IMG/VR virus record: IMGVR_UViG_3300032093_000090 | Coordinates: 5,940 to 69,939 of that record | Source: a virus | Length of the DNA stretch: 64,000 nt | Strand: one strand, 5' to 3' | Part shown: positions 17,201 through 26,500 of the stretch, piece by piece | How positions within the stretch are numbered: position 1 is the first letter of the stretch | Layout: each line of letters opens with the position of its first letter | Notes under the pieces: model-generated | The model's database searches: none | What the model was told of the DNA's origin: nothing | What the model saw: only the letters and a program-made list of their open reading frames with translations | Position numbers and translations under genes: made by a program

Positions 17201-18639
17201 GAATGGCAAATTTTGCACAAACAGACAACACACCAAGTAGTAGAAATGTAGGTGGCGCAAATATTGTTTCTTTAGTACGTAGGGCAAGTTCTTATACTAC
17301 TACCACAATGAATGATATGGGTCCTGGGAATACAGGAACAGTCACATTATATAAAAACGGAAGTGCAACTGGTGCAAGAACACTTGTAACTGGTTCGGAT
17401 AATGGAACATACGGTGATTTAGTTATAAGCGATAATGTAGATTATGCCACAAAAACGGGTGCTGCTGGTGGTTTCTGGGAAAGCTTTGATACTAACGCAT
17501 CAGGCACAGTATCTGCAGGTTGGAATGAAGTTTATATTAATCACAGTCAAGGCGGTTCTAGTAATATAGCATATTGGTACTATGATTCAAGTAGCCCAGG
17601 CGCAGTTGTATTTTCTGTTCCTGTAATATATCCAACTTCAAACGTATATTCTAATTCAAGTACGATACCACATTATACTAGTGCTACAGTATTTACAATG
17701 ACTGCTAATGTTAAAAACCTTAGTGGTGATATGTTCCCAACAAGTAACACATTTATTACAGGATCGTCAGCCACAGGATTTGGAACACCTAGTAGTTTAA
17801 ATTATGAAAGTGCCGGTGTAACAGGTGTACCTTTACCGTTAACAAGAAACTTATATGTTTCAAGTGGCAATGCTCAAATTTCTACAACAGTAAATATTGC
17901 ATCCGGATTTGGCACAACCACAGTTGGTCCTAGTTTAACAGGACAAAATAGTTATATTTCAGGAACAGGTTCATTCTCATTAGGTGCAACTGTTCTTTAT
18001 AAAACAGCCACAATTTCTTCCGAATCAACAATGGAAGAAAGTAATATTTGGGTTCAGGGTAATGTTGGTTCGGGCGCAGGATACGGTGCAAGAATTATTA
18101 ACCCAGGATCAACTGATACGCCAGTGCAATCTGCAAGCGCATTATTGTTTAATAGTAATACAAGTACCTTATTATCATATGATGCAACTATTGTAGGTGC
18201 TACATTAAAACACGATCAAACAAATTATTCTGTAGGATATTTACCAGTTGGTCCTAATTTAAGTTCTGGTAGAGGCGGTGCTCAATATTATACGTTTAAG
18301 TTTAGTCGAGCATCTGTTGGTAAATTTAATATTAAATTCACAGGTCAATTAGCAGGTCTATGGGTAGCATTACCGGGCAGTGCAATAGATACAACAGCCG
18401 CAGCGACAAATGGTTGGGTAGATATGAGTGTTGCTTATCCAGGATCGGGTGTGCCGTCATATGGATGCGCATTAGGTGGAACCGTAACATTAAATACAGC
18501 CGGGACCCAAAGTAAGACATGTACTTTTGGTTCAGCAAACAGCTCAGATTCGGGCGCGTCAGGTGAGATATATATTAGGATAAGACTCAATGCAGGACAA
18601 ACTATAACTGCTTTAGCAATACTCGGAGCAAGTAATTAA
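14230..18639 (+). CDS. Giant repeat-containing fibre/structural protein, 1469 aa
   Basis: MADLKISEL N-terminus (shared with 51442), NLYYTNARV repeats, EDKNIVLANGA module. Confidence 0.8.
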   Translation: MADLKISELASANVVNKDDLFYLIQDNDSYNVKASTLFSSITDPTLAGNILLGGTVQTLNAAGTVSITTTRTDLYGGRSADANAISNGSILPSTIFLYTEDVSATGRGFTFANGTPTTQTLYVRYKNDKIHLSQADSTVFTYPPEDWVGPTGLRPFPTGLQFVKGSQYIFNVSDPSNTGNVLALSSSIDGTNTLGTRYTANVVYNGTPGTAGANVVFTVANVDIDPGGKFYLDLPQGADGQLKIINLVTTLGGQFVLASNIQNNLAIELKRSGDSAFLMYSSNGWILVGSNPGLTTTFSGTSDDISEGSKLYFTNARARAAITAIDNTITYYKANGGIAANIQAITENIVAVAFSGNTNIINEGSENLYYTNNRVLSNVSQMSINVLADVDTTGITSNGTLIWNGTSFVAGIANEAYSAVVSNVSQTSNIANVVLTIDTFSTSNLREGSNLYYTNARVYANVIPLLDLKANVVDLTTANVAELNNLYYTNARVISALVGQDIVTNNVIIQGDLTVEGNVVTFNTATLTVEDKNIVLANGAINSSAADGSGFNIDGAQANLKYRSTGDKFEFNKSLDVQGTLTANGWANLYAANVIGLTTANVAELTNLYYTNARVYSNVTPLLDLKANVVDLTTANVAELTNLYYTNARVYANVTERLQYLDTNIIPLISSVYDLGSDAYRFRDLWLSGATIRLGNTLLSETAGGGLSVKSASGNVNIVSDIISSNTWLGIYTANVLETEGNLYYTNARVYANVIPLLDLKANVVDLTTSNIAELTNLYYTNDRVYSNVIPLLDLKANVVDLTTANVAEGTNLYFTNARVLSNVSQMSINVLADVDVTGITANGTLIWNGTSFVAGIANEAYSAVTSNVSQTSNIANVVLTIDTFTTSNLREGSNLYFTNTRVIDALTTANVTTGNLVVSGTLTARSNVGLTLGTATQGNLISNAITMTVDTTVTNGIAQLNEILGKLVPAAPIAFPGNGYIAINSVSTFRMANFAQTDNTPSSRNVGGANIVSLVRRASSYTTTTMNDMGPGNTGTVTLYKNGSATGARTLVTGSDNGTYGDLVISDNVDYATKTGAAGGFWESFDTNASGTVSAGWNEVYINHSQGGSSNIAYWYYDSSSPGAVVFSVPVIYPTSNVYSNSSTIPHYTSATVFTMTANVKNLSGDMFPTSNTFITGSSATGFGTPSSLNYESAGVTGVPLPLTRNLYVSSGNAQISTTVNIASGFGTTTVGPSLTGQNSYISGTGSFSLGATVLYKTATISSESTMEESNIWVQGNVGSGAGYGARIINPGSTDTPVQSASALLFNSNTSTLLSYDATIVGATLKHDQTNYSVGYLPVGPNLSSGRGGAQYYTFKFSRASVGKFNIKFTGQLAGLWVALPGSAIDTTAAATNGWVDMSVAYPGSGVPSYGCALGGTVTLNTAGTQSKTCTFGSANSSDSGASGEIYIRIRLNAGQTITALAILGASN

Positions 18640-21600
18640 ATGGCAATTTCAGATTCACAAAAGGTTGACCTACTATATAAGAAACTCTTTGGTGTTGCCA
18701 AGACTGACTTGCCTGGTAATAAGGGTCTTGCAAATGAGGCCACTGCTAGCCCAGCATTAAATCGTGGCGATAAAGTTTGGACACAAGCTGGAGATATCCC
18801 AACCACTCCTGCAGCTGTACCGGGAATTATTCAAGCATACTTAACTACAAGCAGAATTGAATGTACGGCTGATGCAACATCTACTCTTGTAAGTGGCGTA
18901 TATCCTAGTTGGAAAACAAACTTAACAGATTGGATCACACCTGAATTTGGTGCAGACTATTTTGTAAAAGTATATGCAGATACTGCAGGTGCATCCGACC
19001 CAACATCTACCGGCACACAATTATCGGATGCAGGTATCGGGGGCGTAGGCGAATGGTTCTTTGATTACCAATCTGGCGTATTAAATTTTATTGGCGGATC
19101 AATTCCCGCATATTTAGTATCAAATCCTACTAAAAAGTTATTTGTTGTAGGTTACAGATACATTGGTTTAAAAGGTGCTTCTTATTTAGCAAATGCAACA
19201 GTTACTGGCAATATTAATGCCGGTAATGTAATTGTTACTGGAACAATAGTTGCAAGTGCATTAGTTATTCCTGGATTAGATTTAGGATCTTTAGTATCAA
19301 GTAATGTTTCTACTAATACAGCAACTGCTGTAAATGTTATTTCTGAAAACATTAGTGCAAATTCTTGGTTTGGTCTTTATACAGCAAACGTAATTGAAAC
19401 TGCTGGCAATTTATATTATACAAATGCTCGTGTTTATGCAAATGTGATAGGATTACTAAATGATAAAGCAAACGTTGTTGATTTAACAACTGCTAATGTT
19501 TTAGAATCTGTAAGTAATTTATATTATACTGTAACGAGAGCAAATGCGGCAATTGATGATCGTGTAACGAAAACGTTCATTGATAATTTGGGTATCGATT
19601 CAACTAATGCGCAAACATCAGATGTTGCACAATCTGCAAACATTGCCAATGTTGTATTATCAATTGATAATTTTACAACAAGTAATTTAAGAGAAGGCGC
19701 AAATCTTTACTTTACAAATGCAAGAACAATTGGTGCAGTAACCGGTCAAGATTTAAATTTATCTAATGTAACTGTTTACAATTTAACTGCGGCAAACGCT
19801 TTATATGCAAACTCATTAGTAATCCAAGGCTTAGGTGTAACCGATACAATTCTTGCTTCAAATATTACATCAAATGTTACATCTACTATAGAATTCGCAT
19901 CAAGTAATATATTTACAAATAGTATTGCTGCAAATATTTGGAATAATTTATACAGTGCAAATGTAATAGAATCCGATAATGCATTATTCTATACCAATGC
20001 TAGAGTTTATTCTAATGTTGCTCCGTTACTTGCGTATAAAGCAAACATAACAGATTTAACAACTGCTAATGTTATTGAATTAACAAACCTTTATTACACT
20101 AACGCTAGAGTATATTCAAACGTAATTGGTTTATTAGATGCCAAGGCCAATGTTGTAGATTTAACAACATCTAATGTTGTTGAAGGTAATAATTTATATT
20201 ACACAAATGCAAGAGTAAGATCTACTCTTTCTGGCGGAACAGGTGTTTCGTATAACACTACGACAGGTCAAATTTCAATTGGTCAGAATGTTGATGCTCA
20301 TGCAAATGTAACATTTAATGAAATGACCATTACTGGGAACTTAAATGTTTTCGGAAATGTTGTAGGATTTTACGCTAATAATTTAGTTGTAAATGACCCA
20401 TTAATTCAATTGGGGTTTGGTAATCCTTCAGACGGAATTGATCTTGGTTTTATCGGACATTATAACGATGCTGGAACTGAAAGACATGCGGGTCTATTTA
20501 GAGACGCTTCAGAAAATAATTTTAAATTCTTTGATAATTATTCGGTAGAACCTGGATCAGTAATAGATACTGCAAATACTTCATTCCGTTTATCAAATGT
20601 TGTTGCATCTACATTCATTGGTAATGTGGTTGGCAATGTAAATGGTTTTGTAAGTTCTATTAGTAATTTTTCTACTAGCAACTTAGCAGAAGGTAATAAT
20701 TTATACTATACTAATACTCGAGTTTATGCAAATGTAATTGGTTTATTAGATTTAAAGGCAAATGTTGTAGATTTAACAACTGCTAATGTCGCAGAATTAA
20801 ATAACTTATATTATACTAATACTCGAGTTTATGCTAACGTAATACCTCTATTAAACTTAAAATCAAATATATCTGATTTAACAACTGCTAATGTCGCAGA
20901 ATTAAATAACTTATATTATACTAACACACGTGTTTACGCCAATGTTATTGGGTTATTAAACACCAAAGCCAACGTAGTTGATTTAACAACTGCTAATATT
21001 GCAGAAGTAGATAACTTATATTATACTAACGCAAGAGTTAATGCACTTGTTCAGCCTTCAGTTGCAGAATTAAGAGCACTTGTATCAAGATTTAATTCTA
21101 ATGTATTGTATGTTGCTCAAAATGGTAATGATGCAAATGACGGTACTACAATGGGTAACGCATTCGCAAACATACACGTTGCTTTAGCTGCAGCAACACA
21201 ATGGACAACTGTATTCTTGAAGAGTGGCGATTACAGATTATATAATCAACCTGTAACGATACCAACCCGTGTCGCATTAATAGGTGATAACTTAAGAACA
21301 ACAACTATTAGACCAAGTCAACCAAGTGTTGATATGTTCTATGTTAACAATGCCTGTTATGTAACAGGTATTACATTCAGAGATCACGTATCGCCATCAG
21401 CAGTATTCTCATATAATCCCGACGGATCCGCAGGAACTATTGTAACTAGTCCGTATATTCAGAATAGTTCATCAATTACAACTACCGGAACAGGTATGAG
21501 AATTGATGGAAGATATGTTTCCGGATTACGCTCTATGGTGTGTGATGCATATACACAAACCAATGAAGGCGGTATTGGTATCCATATGTTAAATAGAGGA

Positions 21601-23250
21601 TACTCACAATTGGTATCTGTATTTACAATTTGCTGCCATATTGCTATTAAGTGCGAAACAGGTGGATTCTGTTCTATTACAAACTCTAACGCATCATTTG
21701 GAACATATGGTTTATGGGCAGATGGTGTAAGTGAACCTTTATATTACGGAAAAGTACAAACAGGTACAACTGAAGCAACTAATCAAATAACATTAAGTAA
21801 CTTAAGTATTAGACCAAATTATGGCGATTCTGTGTTGTTTGCAAATTATGATCAAGCTAAATGTGCAAGAGATACAGGATTAATTGTAGATTCATTAGCA
21901 ATAGATTTGGCATACAATAGCAATACCCAATCTACGTTTGCCGGGTTACAATATTGGGCTCAACCTACTTCTGCAATTCCAAATCAATCTGTTGAAACAA
22001 TTAATGCAATTAATGTTGCGGCACAAATTGCTATTGCGTTTGCTCAAGGAAATACCGTTAGTCAAGTATATCAGTCTAATGTTGGACCTACAAACGGAAC
22101 AGGCGGAACGGCTGTGGAATCAACCATTGTATTAAATAATTTTAATACAATTACTAATATAATACAAAATGGAACTGTAGGTGTAACAGATACAATTATA
22201 CCTAATCAATATCCTGCAAATACTAATGTGAATGTATCAAATGCAGCAAACAATATTATAGACAATAAAACTTTTATTGCTGCAGAAGTTATAGGATATA
22301 TTGATTCTACATATCCTGGATTCTGGGCAAACACAACATTCCTTGATTCTGCAAATGCGCAGGCAAAATGCTCTCGCGATGTTGGATATATTTTAGAAAG
22401 TGTTACATTTGATTTGAGACATGGAGGCAATAGACAATCTGTTACCTCTGGCACTTATTATTATCAATATGATGCAAATATTACACAAATTAACAATCAG
22501 GTAGTACAAACAGGTGCAGCATATTACTTTATAGGTAATTTAGTTGATAACATTATAAGAGGAAATGTTATTGCTAATGTATATCAAACCGGAGTAATAC
22601 AAAATACAACTGCTGCGGCATATGCAACAAGTACAGAAGCAAACTTATTATTAGATGATGTTAGATTAATTGCAAATATTGTTACCTTTGGACCCAATGT
22701 TGCGTATGAAAAACAGCCAATCACATTTACTCCTAGTACCGAGCCGAATGTTATAAATGCTACAAAATTAGTTATAGCTAATAAAGATTTTATTAAAGCT
22801 GAAGTATTAGAATTTGTAAATCAAAATTGGGCAAATATTAGCAATGGATCAGCCACATTCTATACAGTATTAGCTTCAACAGAATTAGTTGCAAATACAA
22901 GTACAATAACATTATTGACGTTGGTTGATGATAATATATTGGCAAATTCAAGAGCTTCTTTCCATCAAGCAAGTTATATTTCATCCAGCGGTCATACGTT
23001 TGAATATGTGGGATCGGGCACTACTATTGCAACTGCATTACCGTCTTTAGGTGGTGTACCTATACAGGCAAATGAGGTAATTGAATTGCGCGGCGGCCAA
23101 GTTTATTTCACAAGTACCGACCAATTAGGCGACTTTAGAATCGGAAAAGGTTTGGTTATAAATAGAGTTGACGGCACAATTACAGGTAGAACATTCAACA
23201 AAGCATTGTTCGCAGTTATGACTCCATATATGCTAGCACTCGAGGGATAA
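18640..23250 (+). CDS. Giant fibre/structural protein with beta-helix (pectin-lyase-like) region and KCxRD helical domains, 1536 aa
   Basis: NLYYTNAR repeats; VLYVAQNGNDANDG...F.NI..AL...VFLKSGDY beta-helix entry motif; AKCARD and AKCSRD. Confidence 0.8.
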   Translation: MAISDSQKVDLLYKKLFGVAKTDLPGNKGLANEATASPALNRGDKVWTQAGDIPTTPAAVPGIIQAYLTTSRIECTADATSTLVSGVYPSWKTNLTDWITPEFGADYFVKVYADTAGASDPTSTGTQLSDAGIGGVGEWFFDYQSGVLNFIGGSIPAYLVSNPTKKLFVVGYRYIGLKGASYLANATVTGNINAGNVIVTGTIVASALVIPGLDLGSLVSSNVSTNTATAVNVISENISANSWFGLYTANVIETAGNLYYTNARVYANVIGLLNDKANVVDLTTANVLESVSNLYYTVTRANAAIDDRVTKTFIDNLGIDSTNAQTSDVAQSANIANVVLSIDNFTTSNLREGANLYFTNARTIGAVTGQDLNLSNVTVYNLTAANALYANSLVIQGLGVTDTILASNITSNVTSTIEFASSNIFTNSIAANIWNNLYSANVIESDNALFYTNARVYSNVAPLLAYKANITDLTTANVIELTNLYYTNARVYSNVIGLLDAKANVVDLTTSNVVEGNNLYYTNARVRSTLSGGTGVSYNTTTGQISIGQNVDAHANVTFNEMTITGNLNVFGNVVGFYANNLVVNDPLIQLGFGNPSDGIDLGFIGHYNDAGTERHAGLFRDASENNFKFFDNYSVEPGSVIDTANTSFRLSNVVASTFIGNVVGNVNGFVSSISNFSTSNLAEGNNLYYTNTRVYANVIGLLDLKANVVDLTTANVAELNNLYYTNTRVYANVIPLLNLKSNISDLTTANVAELNNLYYTNTRVYANVIGLLNTKANVVDLTTANIAEVDNLYYTNARVNALVQPSVAELRALVSRFNSNVLYVAQNGNDANDGTTMGNAFANIHVALAAATQWTTVFLKSGDYRLYNQPVTIPTRVALIGDNLRTTTIRPSQPSVDMFYVNNACYVTGITFRDHVSPSAVFSYNPDGSAGTIVTSPYIQNSSSITTTGTGMRIDGRYVSGLRSMVCDAYTQTNEGGIGIHMLNRGYSQLVSVFTICCHIAIKCETGGFCSITNSNASFGTYGLWADGVSEPLYYGKVQTGTTEATNQITLSNLSIRPNYGDSVLFANYDQAKCARDTGLIVDSLAIDLAYNSNTQSTFAGLQYWAQPTSAIPNQSVETINAINVAAQIAIAFAQGNTVSQVYQSNVGPTNGTGGTAVESTIVLNNFNTITNIIQNGTVGVTDTIIPNQYPANTNVNVSNAANNIIDNKTFIAAEVIGYIDSTYPGFWANTTFLDSANAQAKCSRDVGYILESVTFDLRHGGNRQSVTSGTYYYQYDANITQINNQVVQTGAAYYFIGNLVDNIIRGNVIANVYQTGVIQNTTAAAYATSTEANLLLDDVRLIANIVTFGPNVAYEKQPITFTPSTEPNVINATKLVIANKDFIKAEVLEFVNQNWANISNGSATFYTVLASTELVANTSTITLLTLVDDNILANSRASFHQASYISSSGHTFEYVGSGTTIATALPSLGGVPIQANEVIELRGGQVYFTSTDQLGDFRIGKGLVINRVDGTITGRTFNKALFAVMTPYMLALEG

Positions 23251-23253
23251 TAA

Positions 23254-23589
23254 ATGGCAACAGCACTAAACGTATTTAAAACAGTAACATCAAATCTTAT
23301 AACATCCGCTAATGTGATTTATACTGCTCCCGCTCTAAGAACAACTATTATATTATCGTTGCAGGTAACGAACATATCAGGATCAACTGCTAATACCACA
23401 ATATATCATAGTACTGCTGGAAATCAGTATGTTGAGTTATGTAATAATTTTGAAATTCCAGTAAACGATTCCGCTTCTATTCTTGGCGGCAAATTAGTGT
23501 TAGAAACAGGACAAAAACTTGTGGCAAAAGCGGGCGCAAACACCGCATTACGATTGGTTATGAGCTTATTAGAAACTGCAAATGACTAA
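23254..23589 (+). CDS. Small (about 110 aa) fibre-associated protein, paralogue A
   Basis: IYTAPA...IILSLQVTN...KLVLETG; similar to 40430 and 45651. Confidence 0.7.
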   Translation: MATALNVFKTVTSNLITSANVIYTAPALRTTIILSLQVTNISGSTANTTIYHSTAGNQYVELCNNFEIPVNDSASILGGKLVLETGQKLVAKAGANTALRLVMSLLETAND

Positions 23590-26500
23590 ACTAATATCGG
23601 GTAGAGTAAAAAAGATACCTAGCGCTAATGTAGGCGCTAGTCGTTATGATTTTTTAAAATTATCTGAAGCAGAACCAGATTTAGGGTTACCTGCGGCTAA
23701 TGGGTATGTTTTATCCGGGAATGTTGACGGCACCAGACGATGGATATTGCTTTCAACAGAGGCAACATTAGCAAATGTAGCAAATACTGTTTTATCAATT
23801 AACAATTTTACAACTGCTAATTTAGCAGAAGATGTTAATCTTTACTATACTAATGCAAGAGTTTACGCAAACGTAATTGGATTATTAAACGGTAAAGCAA
23901 ATGTGGTTGATCTAACAACTGCAAATGTTGCGGAATTAACTAATTTATATTATACTAATGCTCGTGTCGATGCATATATAAGCCCAACATTAACAACCGC
24001 TAATGTAGTAGAATCTACAAGTAATTTATATTATACTGTAACAAGAGCTAATGCAGCAATTGATGATAGAGTAACCAAATCATTCATTGATAACTTAGGT
24101 GTAAGTAGTAGTTCTGCAGTATTTGCGGAAAATGCAAATGTAGCTAATACCGTTTTATCAATTAACAATTTCACAACTGCTAATTTAGCAGAAGATACTA
24201 ATTTATATTACACAAATGCTCGCGTATATGCAAATATAATTAGTTTATTGAACGCTAAGGCAGATGTTGTTGATTTGACAACATCAAATGTTGTTGAAGG
24301 TAATAATTTATATTATACTAATACTCGCGTTTACGCTAATGTTATAGGATTATTAAACGCCAAAGCCAATGTTGTTGATTTGACAACATCAAATGTTGTT
24401 GAAGGTAATAATTTATATTATAGTAATACTCGCGCTAATGCGGCAATTGATGCGCGTGTAACTACAGAATTTATTGATAACTTAAACGTTTATGCTGCAA
24501 ACGCATTCCACGCTGACTTTGCACAAGCAGCATTATATGTTATAAGCTTTGATACTCATACAACAGATAATTTAAACGAAGGAACATCAAATTTATATTA
24601 TACCAATGCAAGAGTTGACGCATATGTAACCCCAAAATTAACAACTGCTAATGTTAGAGAGCTTGGTAGTAATTTATATTACTCAAATGCAAGAGTCCTT
24701 GCCGGATTAGTAAATTCAAATTTAGTTGTTAATGATGCTACTGTACGAGGTAATTTATATGTAGAGGGAGATGTAGTTACTTTAAATACTGCAACACTTG
24801 CAATCGAAGATAAAAACATAGTTCTTGCAAATGGCGCAGTAAATGCGGCCGCTGCCGATGGTGCTGGTTTTAATATTGCTGGGGCGCAAGCTAATTTAAA
24901 ATACCGTTTAAACGGCGATAAATTTGAATTCAACAAATCTTTAGATGTTTTAGGTACAATAACTGCTTATGGATGGGAAGGTATCTACGCATCAAATGTT
25001 ATTGGATTGACAACTGCTAATGTTACAGAATTAAACAACTTATATTATACTAACGCTCGTGTTTATGCAAACGTAATACCTTTATTAGATTTAAAGGCAA
25101 ATGTTGTTGACTTAACAACATCTAATATTGCAGAGTTAACAAATCTTTATTACACCAATTCCCGTGTATATGCAAATGTTATTGGATTATTAAACGCCAA
25201 AGCTAACGTAGTTGACTTGACGACAAGTAATGTTGTCGAGGACATTAATTTATATTACACAAATGTGCGTGTTTACGCAAACGTAATTGGATTATTAAAC
25301 GACAAAGCAAATGTAGTTGACCTGACGACAAGTAATGTTGTCGAGGACATTAATTTATATTACACAAATGCGCGTGTTTATGCAAATGTTATTGGATTAT
25401 TAAACGCCAAAGCTAACGTAGTTGACTTGACGACAAGTAATGTTGTTGAAGGTAGTAGTTTATATTATACTAATGCAAGAGTTTACTCAAATGTTATTGG
25501 ATTATTAAACGCCAAAGCTAACGTAGTTGACTTGACGACAAGTAATGTTGTCGAGGGTAATAATTCATATTATACAAATGCTCGTGTTCAAAATTATTTA
25601 GAACATGTCGACGGCAATATTCTGCCAATCTCATCGGGTCCATACGATATTGGTTCAGAAACTTATGCATGGCGCGATTTATGGCTGCAAGGCACATCTG
25701 TTAGATTTGTAAATTCTGGCTCTATGAGCGCCGTTGCAAACACATTTAGAATGGTTGATGCTAGCGGTAATGTAATATTTACTGCAAATTCTACAAATAT
25801 TCCAATTACATCGTTTGATGGAAAATTGTCCGCCGCATTATTAACAACTGTTCCTAACTATTCCACATCTAATATTTCAGAAGGTAGTAATCTTTACTAT
25901 ACTAATGCAAGAGTTTACGCAAACGTAATTGGATTATTAAACGCCAAAGCTAATGTTATTGACCTAACAACATCAAATGTTGCGGAATTAAATAATTTAT
26001 ACTACACGAATGCTCGTGTATACGCCAATATTATTGGTTTATTAAATGTTAAGGCAAATGTATTAGATTTGACAACATCAAATGTTGTTGAAGGTAATAA
26101 TTTATATTATACCAATGCAAGAGTTAATTCTCAAGTACAATCTAATTTAGCATTAAAAGCAAATGTTGCGGATTTAAACACCAGCAACGTTATTGAAGGT
26201 GATAATTTATATTACACTAATGCTAGAGTTTATGCAAATGTAATACCTTTATTAGATTTAAAGGCAAATGTTGTTGACTTAACAACTGCTAATGTTATTG
26301 AATTAACAAATCTTTATTATACTAATGCAAGAGTTTACTCAAATGTTATTGGATTATTAAACGCCAAAGCTAACGTAGTTGACTTGACGACAAGTAATGT
26401 TGTCGAGGGTAATAATTTATATTATACTAATACAAGAGTATCTTCTAATATAATAGGATTGTTGCCGTCATTAGCAGGCCTGAATATTTCTATTGAAGCA

